Shown in pieces: positions 35,055 to 48,198 of a stretch of 64,000 nt of DNA (position 1 is its first letter; each line of letters starts with the position of its first letter). The stretch is from Mobula hypostoma (Eukaryota): positions 4,650,001 to 4,714,000 of the forward strand of contig NC_086123.1 of NCBI RefSeq assembly GCF_963921235.1, given 5' to 3'. Both the position numbers and the translations under genes were made by a program. Under the pieces are notes generated by a model. That model saw only the letters and a program-made list of their open reading frames with translations, was not told the DNA's origin and ran no database searches.

Positions 35055-38000
35055 GCCAGAACTGAAAGATGATGCAGTCTAATACGTGGCTAAGGAGTTG
35101 GTGTAGAGGGAGGGCATAAGGTTTTTGAATCATTGGTCTCTCTTCCAGGGAAGGTGGCACCTGTGCAGAAGGGATGGTTTGCACATGAACTGGAGAGGGA
35201 CTAATATCCTAATGGGAAGGTTTGTCAATGCTGCACGGTGGGGTTCAGTCTAGAGTTGCAGGGGAATGGGAACCAGAGCGCCAGAGCAGTTGGTAGAGAG
35301 GCTATGGAGGCAGATGTTGGTAAGATGTCTGACAAAGTTAGGAATCAAAAGCCTGAGCATGGTGCAACTGGTATCCTGAGCTGCCTATATTTCAATGCAA
35401 GAAGTATGGTAGGAAAGGCAGATGATAGTGCTGAAGATGAGGTAGCTGGTTTATAAACAAAGGCAATGTAGTGAGGAGAGGCTGTTGATAGAACAAAATT
35501 GCAGTCAACGGGATGAGTTCCAATGTAAAAGATGGACAAAATTGATAAAAGAACTGAAGGTGTTATATTTGAATGTGCACAGTATATGGAATAAAGTAGA
35601 TGAACTTGTAGCACAGTTACAGATTGATGTTGTAGGCACCGCTGAATCATGGCTGGAAGAAGGTTATAGTGAAGAGTCCAAGAATACACTTTGTATTGAA
35701 TGGACAGGTAGGAAGGTAGAGGGGGCGGCATTGCTGTGATGGTAAAAAGTGAAATAAAATCATTAGAAAGAGGTGACATAGGGTCAGAAGATATTAACTC
35801 ATTGTGGATAGAGCTAAGGAACTACAAGGGTAAAAAGACTCTGATAGGAGTTGTATACAGGTCTCAGAATAGTAGTAAGTATGTGGTCTACGAATTACAA
35901 TGGGAGATAGAAAATGTATGCCAAAAGGGCAATGTTGCAATAGTCATGGGGATTTCAATTTGCATGTACATTGGGACAATCAGGTTGGTACTGGATTCCA
36001 GGAGGGAGAATTTCTAGAATGACTAGATAATGGCTTTTTAGAGCAGCTCGTGATTGTGCCCACAAGGGGATCAGCTATTTGGCATTGGATGTTGTGCAAT
36101 GAATCAGAATTGATGAGCGAGCCCTTGGGGGCAAGTGATTGAATTCACCCTGAAATTTGAGAAGGACAAGTTAAATTCAGATGTACCAGTGTTACAGTGG
36201 AGTAAAGGGAATTAGAGGCATGAGAGGAGTTGGCCAAAATTGATTGGAAAGGAACACTGGTAGGGATGTCAGCAGAGTAACAGTGGCTGGAATTTCTGAA
36301 AGCAATTCGGAAGGCACAGGTTATACACATCCCAAAGAGGAACAAGTATTCTAAAGGAAACAAGACACAACTGTGGCTAACAAGAGAGTCAAAGCCAAAG
36401 AGAGGGCATATAATAGGATTCAGAAATTTTTAAAAGACAACAGAAGGCAATTAGAAATGTCATTAAAAAGGTAAATGTGGAATACAAACAAACTATTAGA
36501 GGATACCAAAAGTTTCTTCAGATACGTAAGTGTAAAAGAGGCAAGATTGTTTTCTAGCAGTTCAATATCCAATGCTGGACATGTAGAAATGGATAAGGAA
36601 ATGGTGGACGAACTGAATAAGAATTTTGCATCAGTCATCACTGTGGAAGACACTAGCAGTATGGTGGAAATTCTAAGTGTCAGGGGTCATGAAGTGTGTG
36701 AAGTTACCATTATTAGAGAGAGGGTTCTTGGAAAACTGAAAGGTCTGAAGGTAGATAAGTCACCTGGATCAGATGATATACAATTCAAGTTACTGAAAGA
36801 GATGGCTGGAGAGATTGTGGAGGTATTAGTAATGATCTTTCAAGAATCACTAGATTCTGGAATGGTTCTCGAAGACTGGAAAATTGCAAATGTCATTTTA
36901 CTCTTCAAAAGGGAGAGGAACAGAATAATGTAAACTATAGGCCAGTTAATCTGACCTCAGTTGTTGGGAATCATTGGAGTTGATAAATAAGGGTGAGTTC
37001 TCAGGGTTCTTGGGGGCGCATGATAAAATAGGCTGTAATCAGCATGGTTTCCTCAATGGAAAATCTTGCCTGACAAACCTGTTGGACTTCTTTGAAGAAA
37101 TAGCAAGTAGGATAGACAAAGGAGAATTGTTTGATCTTGCATACTTGGATTTTAAGAAGCCTTTTGACAAAATGCCACACGTGAGGCTGTTGAACAGGCT
37201 ACAATACCATGGTATTACATGAAAGATTCCAGCATAGATAAAGCATTGTCTGATAGGCAAAGTGGCAAAGAGTGGGAATAAAAGGAGCCTTTTCTGGTTG
37301 GCTGTCGGTGACTAGTGGTGTTCTGCAGGGGTTTGTTGGGATCGTGTTTTTTTTTAAATGTTATATGCCAATGATTTGGATGAGGGAATAGATGGCTTTG
37401 TTGCAAAGTTTGCAGATGATATGAAGATGGGTGGTTGGGCAGGTAGTTTTGTGGAAGCAGTCTACAGAAGGGCTTGGATAGATTAGGAGAATGGGCAAAG
37501 AAATAGATGGGATACAGTGTCGGGAAGTGTATGGTCATGCACTTTGGTCGAAGAAATGGAAGGATTGACTGTTTTCTAAATGGAGAGAAAATTCAAAAAA
37601 CTAGGATGCAAAGGGACTTGGAAGGCTTTAGGATTCCCTAAAGGTTAATTTGTAGGTTGAGTCTATGGAGAGGAAGGTAAATGCAATGTTAGCATTAATT
37701 TGAAGAAGGCTAGAATATAAAAGCAAGGATGTAATGCTGACACTTTATAAAGCACTGGTGAGGCCTCACTTGGAGTATTGTGAGCAGGTTTGGGGCCTTT
37801 AGAAAGGACGTGCTGAAACTAGAAGCTTCAAAGGAAGTTCAGGAAAATGATTCCAGGATTGTCATATGAAGAGCATTTGGCTCTGAGCCTGTATTCACTA
37901 GAGTTCAGAAGAATGAGGGGTGACCTAATTGAAACGTATTAGATGGTGAAAGGCCTTGATAGAATGGATATGGAGGGGATGTTTCCTGTGGTGGGAGAGT

Positions 38001-38200
38001 CAAAGACCAGGGGACATAGACTTAGAATAGAGGGGCATCCTTTTAGAATGGAGGTGAGGAGGAATTTCTTTAGCCAGAGTGTGGTGAGTCTGGAATCCTT
38101 GGCCTCCATAGCTGCCTGTGGCAAAGTCTTTATGTATATTAAGGCAGAGGTTGATAGATTATTGATTGGGCAGGCCATGATGGGATACTGAGAGAGGGAG
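35055..38200 (+). mobile_element. Long degraded CR1-type LINE (ORF1 esterase end, APE, RT, 3' end)
   Basis: RDGLHMNWRG (SGNH esterase-like); LKVLYLNVHS, AESW; LKVDKSPG; QHGFLNGKSCLTNL; YLDFKKPFDK; KFADD. Confidence 0.92.
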
Positions 38201-38469
38201 AATTGAGTAGGTATACAAATATTGTACGTTTTCATAAAATTCAAACCTGTAGAATGTAAGCCATAGTCCTCAAATGTTGAGGAAAAACTGATAACATGCT
38301 TGGTTTTTGAGGTGATTGTATTGATATTATTGAGGGATCTTTTCACTCAAAAGGTGAACTTTAGCCAGAGTCAACTTTGTCATGTGTAGACAAAGACAAA
38401 ATGAAAATTCTGGAGTAAGAGTTAATTTTGGCTTTGAAGGATTTCTGTAACACTAATTTCTTTCTTCAG

Positions 38470-38603
38470 CGGAGGACGGGCAGTATTTGTTTCTGAGTCC
38501 AGTTAATGTGCGATGTCTGGTGAGGGAGTATGGTAGTCTGGAGAACTGCCCTGAGAAGATCACTGCTCAAGTGGTAGAGATTGTTGGGCATTCAATGACT
38601 GAG
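38470..38603 (+). CDS. RNF10: RNF10 exon 10
   Basis: [45 protein letters not shown]. Confidence 0.97.
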
Positions 38604-39303
38604 GTAGAGTAACTTTTAATAATGACCTGTTTACTTGTGAGCTTGATTTTTTTAAAAATTGAAATGCCTTTAGTTTTGGAACCTATTTTTGTCATCTGGT
38701 AGTATTGGGTGAGGTCAAGCATGGGTCGCCAGAGGACCCTCCTGTGTACCTTGAGACCCAGCTGGGTGAACAGTGCATTTCCAGCACTAATTCCTCCTGT
38801 TTTCTCAGTTTTCCAATTCTTATTCACCTTAGAATTTTTGAATGTGTGATGTAAAGCAGCTCGCACCTACAAACTACACTTGGGAACTATAATCCTAACC
38901 AGAATTTTAAGTGACAATGAAGCATTGTAACTTTAAAAAAAAAAAAAAAAAAATTACTATTTTGGTAATTTGTCTTGCCTAAAAAAAATCATGCAGATCA
39001 CAAGCAATTCATTTTTTGGTTACAAGTAAATTTGTTGAAGTAAATTAACCATTCCATTAAAATAAACTTCTCCATTGTGCGAGTTTCCATTGGATATTAG
39101 ATGAAATTAAATCGGGTTGCATGCTCTCAACTTGCCAGTTATTCATCCAGATGTTAGAATTGAACTTGTGGAGAAATGAACAAATGTTTTATCAAGTATG
39201 GTCGCTGTAATCCAATTTAATGTTAATTAATGTTGACTAAGCTTGGGCAAAATGCATACTTGGTGAGGCAGTTTTGACAAACTAGTTTCTCCTATACCTT
39301 GTA

Positions 39304-39753
39304 CAGTACTGTGCAAAAGTTTTAGACACACATATAGGTAGGGTGCTTAATACTTTGTGCATTCGTGTATTTGTCAACGTGGAGCAGCGAGTGAGTTTGT
39401 AAATCTGGTGGGAGCAAAGGAGTTGGGAGTGGCGAGGATGGAGCGCCGCGGGAGGGATTTGGGACGGGTGGCATAGTTGCAGACACACCCAGCCCTGAGA
39501 CACCAGGCAAGCTCATTTAATTCCAAACAGTTGGTTTATTGATCATTACAGAATGTCTCTCTGGTGCTTCCCATTCCTTCCCCTCTCCCTGCCCCCTTCT
39601 CACAATAGAGACTTGTATCAGGCTCGGGTTCATCATCACTCACATATATCATGAAATGTGTTCTAGAGTGCAATACATAAAATTACTGCTGTACTGTGCA
39701 AAGGCCGTAGACTCCCTCGTTAATTATTGGTGCCCAAGACTTGCACAGTACTG
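39304..39753. mobile_element. Tc1/mariner-type MITE with TA TSD
   Basis: TA|CAGTACTGTGCAAAAGT ... AGACTTGCACAGTACTG|TA, with internal partial TIR copies. Confidence 0.85.
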
Positions 39754-40042
39754 TACACTTTCTTAAGGTTACTCCAAAGCAGTCATGAGTTGGGATCATC
39801 CCCATCCATGTGAGACTGAAATTAGCTTTCACCGTTGCCAAATGGTACGGCTAGACCATAGAAATGAAATGGTTTGCTTAGACTTGCACTAATTTATAAA
39901 AAGTAAGGATTGAACTCTTCTATGTCGAACACTTGTCTGTTGTTTGGAGAGTGGAAGGCTTACTTGATTTTTTTTTTAAGAGGCTACCTTAAATAATTTG
40001 AATTTGCACATTTGATGTATCAACACGGATTGTTTTCCATAG

Positions 40043-40160
40043 GATGTACGACACAGACACCGCTATTTATGTCACTTGCCGCTGACCTGTGAGTTTGGCA
40101 TTTGTGAGCTGGCTTTGAAACCTCCCTTGATTTCTAAAGAAACATTGGATGCTTTTTCAG
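40043..40160 (+). CDS. RNF10: RNF10 exon 11
   Basis: [39 protein letters not shown]. Confidence 0.97.
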
Positions 40161-40248
40161 GTTTGTTTCTGCAGTTTGTATCAGTGACTTGAATTGTGTG
40201 TCTTACATTTAGTGCCTTGATAATTTTAACTTTATCATTCTTTGACAG

Positions 40249-40350
40249 TTGACTTGGACAGAAGGAGATGTCTTCGCCTGAAAAAAGCTCGGGATGAACG
40301 TCGAAGGGAACGTAGGATTGAAATGGAAGAAAATGAAAAGCAAGGCAAAT
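40249..40350 (+). CDS. RNF10: RNF10 exon 12
   Basis: VDLDRRRCLRLKKARDERRRERRIEMEENEKQGK. Confidence 0.96.
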
Positions 40351-40422
40351 GTGAGTGTTAACTTGTCTTGAATTCCAATATAATTGAAAGTGAGTGACAT
40401 CTGCAACTTAATCTTTATTTAG

Positions 40423-40590
40423 ATCCAGAAATACATATTGGACTGGAAAACTACCAGCAATTCCCAGCTTTTGGCTCTACAGAGAGTGCACAATTTATCC
40501 CTTCCTTTACTTGCCCTGACGATGATCCTCTGCCTAGAGTCAGTCTTTCAGCCAGCACAACCCTAAGCAGCAGTCCAAATTCTTTGCCAG
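40423..40590 (+). CDS. RNF10: RNF10 exon 13
   Basis: YPEIHIGLENYQQFPAFGS...LSSSPNSLP. Confidence 0.95.
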
Positions 40591-41465
40591 GTATGAAAAT
40601 CTATATTGAAAAAAAATTCTTTATAAACTTTCACTTGTTTAAAATGTATCATCTCAAACTGCACTACATGAGTGATGTTAGATGATAAAAATGGTCCCTA
40701 TAAAGGTTGCTCCTGGATTATGAACAGGTTCTTTTTTACAACTGTTCAAAAGTTGATTTTTGTCAATGAGGCATAAAATATACAAATTTCAATCACTCGT
40801 GTGCGTTGACACTACTATGTTTCACAGTTGCCTGATTTAGTTAGTTTTACCTGAAAGTCTCTTCCAGGAGAACCAGAACTCCTGTGAATTCAGATATGCA
40901 CCAATATTCTATTGGCTTGCAAATCAAGTAGCCTTTTTGTTTCCCCTCTACACCATAGTCTGGTAAATGTTATGTTGAATTTGATAGCCATAATGAGAGT
41001 AATTGAATCACATGGAGATGCTTGCATGTAATTATGGTTTAAACTTTTGAGGAAGATCTCAAAAGCTTTCGAATCTGAAATTTAAAAGTTTCAACACCAA
41101 GTCTGGATTCTTTAAGCAATATACTTCATTGTTTTTGTACTTGGAGTTATCTTTAGTGTTCTGGTAACAAGCATTGAGTAGTTAATGTTTTGTTACTCTC
41201 TCTAATGGTCATTGTAGATTCTGAAACTTTACTAATATTGGGGTATTCTTCCAAATTTGATATTGTCCTTAACTGAGTTTTTGTCTCTCTTAATCCTTAT
41301 CAGAGCTGGGAATGGGCTAGAGAAAGGGTTGAAATGTCTAATGTCAGACAGGATAAATTTAAAATGAGAGGGGGTGATTTCAAAGATAAAGGGCAAATTT
41401 TTTTTACAGTGAGGTGCGTGCTTGAAATGTGCTGCCTGAGGCAGAAACATTGGGGACTTTTAAGA

Positions 41466-41815
41466 AACACACAAAATGCTGGAGGAACTCAGCAGGCTGG
41501 GCAGCATCAATAGAAAAGAGTACAGTTGACATTTTGGGCTGAGACCATTCAGCAGGACTGGAGGGAAAAAGGTGTGGAGTAGAGTTAAAGTGGGGGGGGG
41601 GAGGAGAGAGAGACAGAAAAACACAAGGTGATAGGTGAAACTGGGAGAGGGATGAAGTAAAGAGCTGGGAAATTGATTGATGGAAGAGATACAAGGCTAG
41701 AAAAGGGGGAATCTATCAGGAAAGGACAAAGGCCATGGAAGAGAAGGAGGAGGGAGGCGATGGGCAGGGAGATGAGATGAGAGGGGGAAAAGGGGATGGG
41801 GAATGATGAAGGATA
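41466..41815 (-). mobile_element. Penelope-like 3' UTR and terminal repeat (hammerhead degenerate)
   Basis: Similar to 8196-8590; core reads CTGCTGA...CAAAATGTC, so it is mutated. Confidence 0.8.
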
Positions 41816-42589
41816 GGGACTTGTTTAAATTGCACATGGATGTGAAGGAAATAGACATTGTGTAGGCAGAAGAGATAGTTTAGTTTAATTGGTTCAGCAC
41901 GACACTAGACTGGAGGGCCTGGGCCTGTCCCTGTACTGGTCTATGTTCTTTCAGCCTTGGGGCTAGTTTAGTGAAAGATACTTTGATATAATGATTCTGT
42001 TTCTTGTATAAAATGGAACTGACACACTTCCCATGATGTGTGCTGATTACTTAATGCGAGTAACTAGTAATAATATTGGCACATAAATGTCTGCAATGTC
42101 CAAGGGAAGCTTTCAGGCAAGGTTTGAAATTGATATAGAAAACTAAGTGTGGTTGTGTGGGGGAGTTTGAATATCCAGGAAGAAGTGTAAGTTGGGGTGG
42201 TTCTGGCATGGTGCTAGGTTCCTTATGTGCACGCATACATACATACCTATGTGGAGACTATATTAAAGCAATTTACACACGGTACCAGCATTTTCACTAG
42301 TTTAATGGAGGTGTGAACTGTCAGAAGGTGTCAGTGGATCAGCTATATATATTTAAAAGAAAAGTGGCAAATAAGATTTGATTTTAGTGTGAAGCATATG
42401 AGTAATTTTTGCTAACAAGTGAAGGGTGTGTGCAGTAAGTCATAGGGTACAACAGTTGATAGCCACAGTTTCCTGAAGGTAATAGGACAGATGGATAGGG
42501 TGATTAAGAGGCCTTACTTACCTTACTCCTTTACTTGTGAGAAAAATGTTGCAGGAGTACTTTACCTAGTTTTGAAGACATGAGGTACT

Positions 42590-43105
42590 GGAATCTATAA
42601 CAAAACAATGCTGCAAGATCTCTTGGGTTGGGCAGCGTTTGTGGAGACAACGTAGGTAGATGTTCCACGACGAGGCCCGGAATCAGGAATGAGAGAATAC
42701 GAAAGGTTGCCAGTACATAGGGAAGGTGAAGGATGGGTGGAATGTAGTGGGAGTGGAGAGTGACTTAATGCTGGTAGATAATAGGTGAAGCCAGATGGGG
42801 AGCAGATGTTGGGCACATGGAACCAACAGGGGAGAGTCTGGGGTGGGACAGAGGCTGATGGGTGGGATCAGAGATAAAGATAAATGCATCTGTCCCATTC
42901 CATCACCAGTTACATCTTCCTCCTCTCTACCCCACTGCCCCTCCCTGGAACCACAGGGACAACTTTCCTGCCTCACTTCCATTCAGGGACCTAACCAGCT
43001 CTTTCAGGTGAGGCAGACATTCAGTTGTGCATCTTCCAAGCTGGTCTACTGAATTTGAAGTTCACAATGTGGCCTCTAGATGACCATCTCACAGAGCACC
43101 TACAG
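42590..43105. mobile_element. Older Penelope-like remnants (minus-strand terminus, plus-strand GIY-YIG N-terminal region)
   Basis: TSIQGPNQLFQVRQTFSCASSKLVY*I*SSQCGL. Confidence 0.65.
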
Positions 43106-43241
43106 TGTATTCTTTCCCCAACAGCCATTGCGAACGTCTTGTTGGAGATAATCTGAAAGGGCCTGTTTTGCTGCTGTTTTTGTTACAGAGCTTAATATTC
43201 TAGTTAATGTTTTAACATTTGAGTTCAACTTTTCCCTGTAG

Positions 43242-43342
43242 AATCAACATTGAACCCATCAGCTCCTGTGTTTAGTCCAGGGAGTCCTTCTCTGTGTGTT
43301 GGTAGCATGGAGGAGGATGTACACTTCCCTTCATTTGCTCAG
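43242..43342 (+). CDS. RNF10: RNF10 exon 14 (contains a PAM2-like motif)
   Basis: ESTLNPSAPVFSPGSPSLCVGSMEEDVHFPSFAQ; phase 1/0 fits the neighbouring exons. Confidence 0.96.
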
Positions 43343-44124
43343 GTAACAAGAATTAATTCAATTTTTAATTTTAAATATTTAGGATAAGCAGGTTTAACAA
43401 CTGGGGAGAAGTACTGAATTTATGATAATGTTTACCTTTTTTACAATATATAAAAATAATAATCTGCAAGGACTGTTCATCCCTTCCTAGAACATGTATT
43501 TCTCAAATTCTTAGAGGAAAAATAGAATGTTATAGATAATTGAATTGTTTCAAACTGCCACCCTCTTAATTCTTTGATTCATTTATTCAACCTTTATAGG
43601 GCTTATAAAATAGTGCATCCAGTGAAAATAAGGTTATAAGCATAAATTGATTTTTGATAGAGTTAATGACAGCTATATTTATAATTAGTAAAATTTATGT
43701 AAATAGTGGAAAGCCAGTAAGCAACTGTGGATATGTTCTAAAGGCCATCTCACTGTCTCTGGAGAAAAGAGATATGTACATTTTCAGTTGATTCTTAAAA
43801 CTTAAACTAGCATCAGTACAGTACAGAGAAGTATTTTGTGACTGGTCTGATGCCAACACTTGGCTGGCTACAGTAAAGGTGGTTTCAGCAGTCTCACCTC
43901 AAATTAAAACTTGCTGTCCACACTGCTGCAAGTGTGAGATTGGTTTAATGGCAATAGCCTCTGTAGCTAATTTTGAAATACATTATTCATGACAAATTGA
44001 CTTGCCAGCTGGGGAGAATTACTGAATTGCATAATTACTCTTGAGTCACTGCATCTTTAGGAAAATTGCCTTGCTTTCACTGGAAGAAGTTGCTGTGAAT
44101 CTACAATTTATTCAGTAAGTTCCT

Positions 44125-44994
44125 GTACATGGTTCTAACTCCATAATCAAGTTCGCAGACGACACCACGGTGGTTGGCCTGATCAGAGGGGATGACAAGA
44201 CGGCCTACAGGGACGAGGTCCAGCACCTGGCCGCGTGGTGTGCTGACAACAATGTGGCCTTTAACACCCAGAAGACCAAGGAGATCATTGTGGACTTCAG
44301 GCACGCTAGGAGCCACACTCACGTCCCCATCAACATCAACGGAGCTGTAGTGGAGTGTGTATCAAGCTTCAAATTCCTTGGTGTCCACATTTCCAAGGAT
44401 CTCACCTGGTCAAAAAGGCAGAACAGCGCCTTTATTTCCTGTGGAGCATCAAGAAAACTCACCTCTGTCCCAGGATACTGATGGACTTTTACCATTGAGA
44501 GCATACTCACCAACTGCATCTCAGTGTGGTATGTCAATTGTCCCATATCGGACCACAAAGCACTCCAGCGTGTGGTGAAAACTGCCCAGCAGATTATCGG
44601 CACCCAATTGCCCACCATTGAGAACATCTGCCCTAAACGCTGCCTGGGCAGGATGAAAAGCATTATCAGGGATGCATCTCACCCTAACCGTGAACTTTTT
44701 TACTCTCCTCCTATCCGGTAGGCGCTACAGGAGCCTCCGCTCCCGCACCAGCAGGCACAGGAAGAGCTTCTTCCCTGAGGCTGTGACCCTGCTGAACCTC
44801 TCATCACAGCGCCAAGCAGTATTGCATCCGTATTGTACTGTCTCAGTACTTTTATATTTGTGTGCGGTAGCACTTTTTATTCAGTGATATTGTAAATAAC
44901 ACTTCTTTGCATTTCTGGTCAGATGCTAACTGCATTTCATTGGCTTTGTATCTGTACTCGGCACAATGACAATAAAATTGAATCTAATCTAATA
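44125..44994 (+). mobile_element. Rex1/Babar LINE 3' fragment
   Basis: IIKFADDTTVVGLI...NTQKTKEIIVDFR...FKFLGVHIS; tail aataaaattgaatctaatctaat. Confidence 0.9.
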
Positions 44995-45114
44995 TTGATG
45001 AGGCATAGCAAACTGTTACCCCTATTGGCTGACAAATATCTGCAATGATTTGTCATAATGTGATCGTTAATTCAGAGTCTGAACTGTTTTGTATTTGTGA
45101 TTTTCACAGTAAGA

Positions 45115-46400
45115 TGGCACAGAAATAGAACCTTCAGCCCAGTTAGTTAGTCCCATTTGTCTACATTTGGCCATGTCCCACTCCTTCCCTATTCATGAAC
45201 CTGACCAAGTACCTCTAACTGTTATTTACCTCAGCAACTTCCCCTCGTAACTCATTCCATATACTGACCACTCTCTGGTAAAAAGGTTTCCCCTCAAACT
45301 CCTATTAAATCTTCTCTATAACTCCCATCCATTCGTTTTTGATTCTCCAACCTGGGAAAAAGACTGAGGCACAAAGATAGGGTCATACACTGCTGTGAGA
45401 TTACCCCTTATTCTCTTGTGCAACAGTGTAACAAGCAGTTGCAAACTGTTCGATCTTTGTATAACTCAGTCCTTTGAGTCCCAGTAACATCCTCAAATCT
45501 TATCTCTTCCCACTCCAGCTTAATAGCATCTTTCCTTTAGCAGGATGACCAAACCTGATGGCAGTATTCCAAATGCAGTCTCACCAACGTCTTGTATTTA
45601 ACATCCCAATTCTTGTACTCAATGTCCTGGTTGAAGGCTAGTGTGCTGACTCGCCCTCATGTACCATATATGGTTACCATTTCCCAGGGCACCGTGGTTT
45701 GCTATGAAAGTGCTACCTTCATTTGTCTTCCCACGTGCAACCTCTTGCATCTATTAAAATTAAAACTGTTTTTCATTCCTCAGCTCATTTACCCAGCTAA
45801 TTAACATTCCTCATTAAATCCTGATAAGTGTCTTTACTGTCAATGAACCTACCAATTTTAGTGTCATCTGCAAACTTACCATCCTGCCTTGTACATTGCT
45901 ACCAAATCTTTAAAAATATAGATGACAAATGGTGGGACACCATTGTCACAGGCCTCCAGGCTGTAAACCAGCTTTCACCAGCAACTTCTAATCATCAGCC
46001 AATTTTGTATCCAATGAGCTAGCTCTCTCTGGATTCCATTTGGTAGAAATGGTGATTCAGTTTCTGTGTGGAACCTTAGCAAAGGCTTAACCTTAGTTAA
46101 GTCCATATAGTTTGTGCCTACTGTCCTTCCCTCATCAGCAACTACCCTGGTTACTTTAAAAAAAAATTAAATTTGTGAGACATTATCTCCCATGCAAAAA
46201 GCCACACTGACTATCCCTAATCAACTCATGTCCTTCCAAGTGCTCATATACCTTATCACTTGGAACCCCCTCTAAAACTTACCACTGTTAGGATTGCTAG
46301 TTATAGTTCCCAGGTTTTTCTTTGCCGCCCTTAAAGGCATAACATTAGCCACGTTCCTGCCTTCTGACCCTTCAGCTGTCGCTAATGATATACCTGATCA
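45115..46400 (-). mobile_element. Degraded CR1 LINE
   Basis: Reverse complement of KFADDTKIG (gtgtcatctgcaaactt) and a CR1 tail at the left end. Confidence 0.75.
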
Positions 46401-48029
46401 GGCCATGGAGATTTTATCTACCTTCATGCAGCTTAAAACATCATACATATTTTAGTACATTACCATATTTTAATAAACCTTTGTTACCCTCTGTTACCTT
46501 CAGCTTTCAGATGTGAGGTTCTTGTGGATAGATTCAGTAAAATAAATCTATTTTAGCTCTTCCTTTTCACCCACTCTCTCTCCTCCCTCCTCCCCCCCAC
46601 CACACGTACCTATGTTTTCTCTTTAAGTTGCTTTTGGTCATGAACCCAACCTCCATAGTCCCGTGACCAATTCCTCCACCCAACACCCTTTGTTAGCTGT
46701 CTTGAAATTTCCTCTGCAATCTCTTTCCCCTTTAGAAATTGCCACTGTTAACCACATTTTACTAAAACTGTTTCATTCATGCTTCCCTCAATTACAAATG
46801 CATTGTTGGGTCTAAGATATTCTGGTAGTCTCTGTCATGGTCTTTGTCTGTGTTAAGATCCTTGCCAATTTCTTATCCTTTGATCTCTGCAAACCCCATC
46901 CATATCTTTGTTACTTCAGAGTTGTCTTTTCCTGGTTAATCTTTCATTGACCTAAAGCTAATTTAATTTAATTCAAGTGTGTGCAGCGCACATTTTGTAT
47001 AGTTTAACTAACTTCCTGACTGTTGGCTCCCACTGGATAATTTCTGAATTTTGGTATTCTGCTTCCATGGCCTGGCCTCTCTCTCTCTGTAACTTCTTTC
47101 AGCTTGTCTGTGTACTCCATTTCTGCTCTTTTGCTTGTGCCAAGTTTTCTTTCTTCCGCTTATGAAGACCCTTCTTTCAGCATCATTGGCCTAAGGTTTG
47201 GAATTTCCTCAAACCCCTTCAGCACGTTCAGACGATTTTTAAATCTAACCCCTGGGAAACTTATTTTATTACTTGTATAGCACAATGTTAAATCATGTTC
47301 AGTTTTTGCATCTATGAAGAACTTGGAACATTTTAATAGGTGCTATATAATTGCAAGTTATTAACCTCTTCCTTTTACCTCCATTATTCATCGCGGTGAT
47401 ATTTCTTTGCAGCTAGAGTAGTTCTAGTTTTCTGGCCCTTTTATTTGACTATTGACAGAGGATCCTTCAAAATACATGGAGTATGCTTTCTTATGTTATT
47501 TGGTATCTGCTCTTGGGTTTGTCCATCACCCACCCTTTGCTGAACCACAATGCTCTCTCTTCAGAAGGTCTCTGGCACAGAATACTACTCTCCCAGATTT
47601 CATTTCCTTCATTAGTCACCTTCGTGACTTAGACTTAGGGAATTCTGCCATTTTAGCAGTTCAGCTCTACTTTGGTTGTTTGTTATCAAATTTTTATGCC
47701 CTTATCACCTCCAGACTTCTTGCTCTACTAGCCTGCTACCCATTTCCATGTAAACTTTGGCCAAACTGCATTTGGCTTGTGATGTTCCAATCCTTTCTAA
47801 AGTCCTTCATGTCTTCACTTGTACCTTACTCTTAAAATTTCCCTTGACCTGCTGTATATGTGCTCTTTAGAAATTTCCATTTGCAGCTATAATTTTTTTC
47901 TCTAAAACTGTATTTTCCCATTGTCTCTTCCACGTGCTCTGGATTAGCATCTCTACTGTTGACTTGCTTTGATTTTGTTGATTTCGATATATTAAAGATC
48001 TTAAATGCTAGTTGTATTTCTTATTGTAG

Positions 48030-48087
48030 ATGCTGAAGGATGGGAAGGCAAAAGCTGAAGTGTGGCCCAAAGTAACTCCAAGAAAAG
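48030..48087 (+). CDS. RNF10: RNF10 exon 15
   Basis: MLKDGKAKAEVWPKVTPRK. Confidence 0.95.
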
Positions 48088-48198
48088 GTTTCTTTTTAAC
48101 ATTTAACAAAATTTTCCAATTAATTTGTGGTTATTAGTTTCTGCTTCATCTTAGTGTGGATGTTAACAGTGAATGTGGATTTTTCTTTTGTCTGACAG

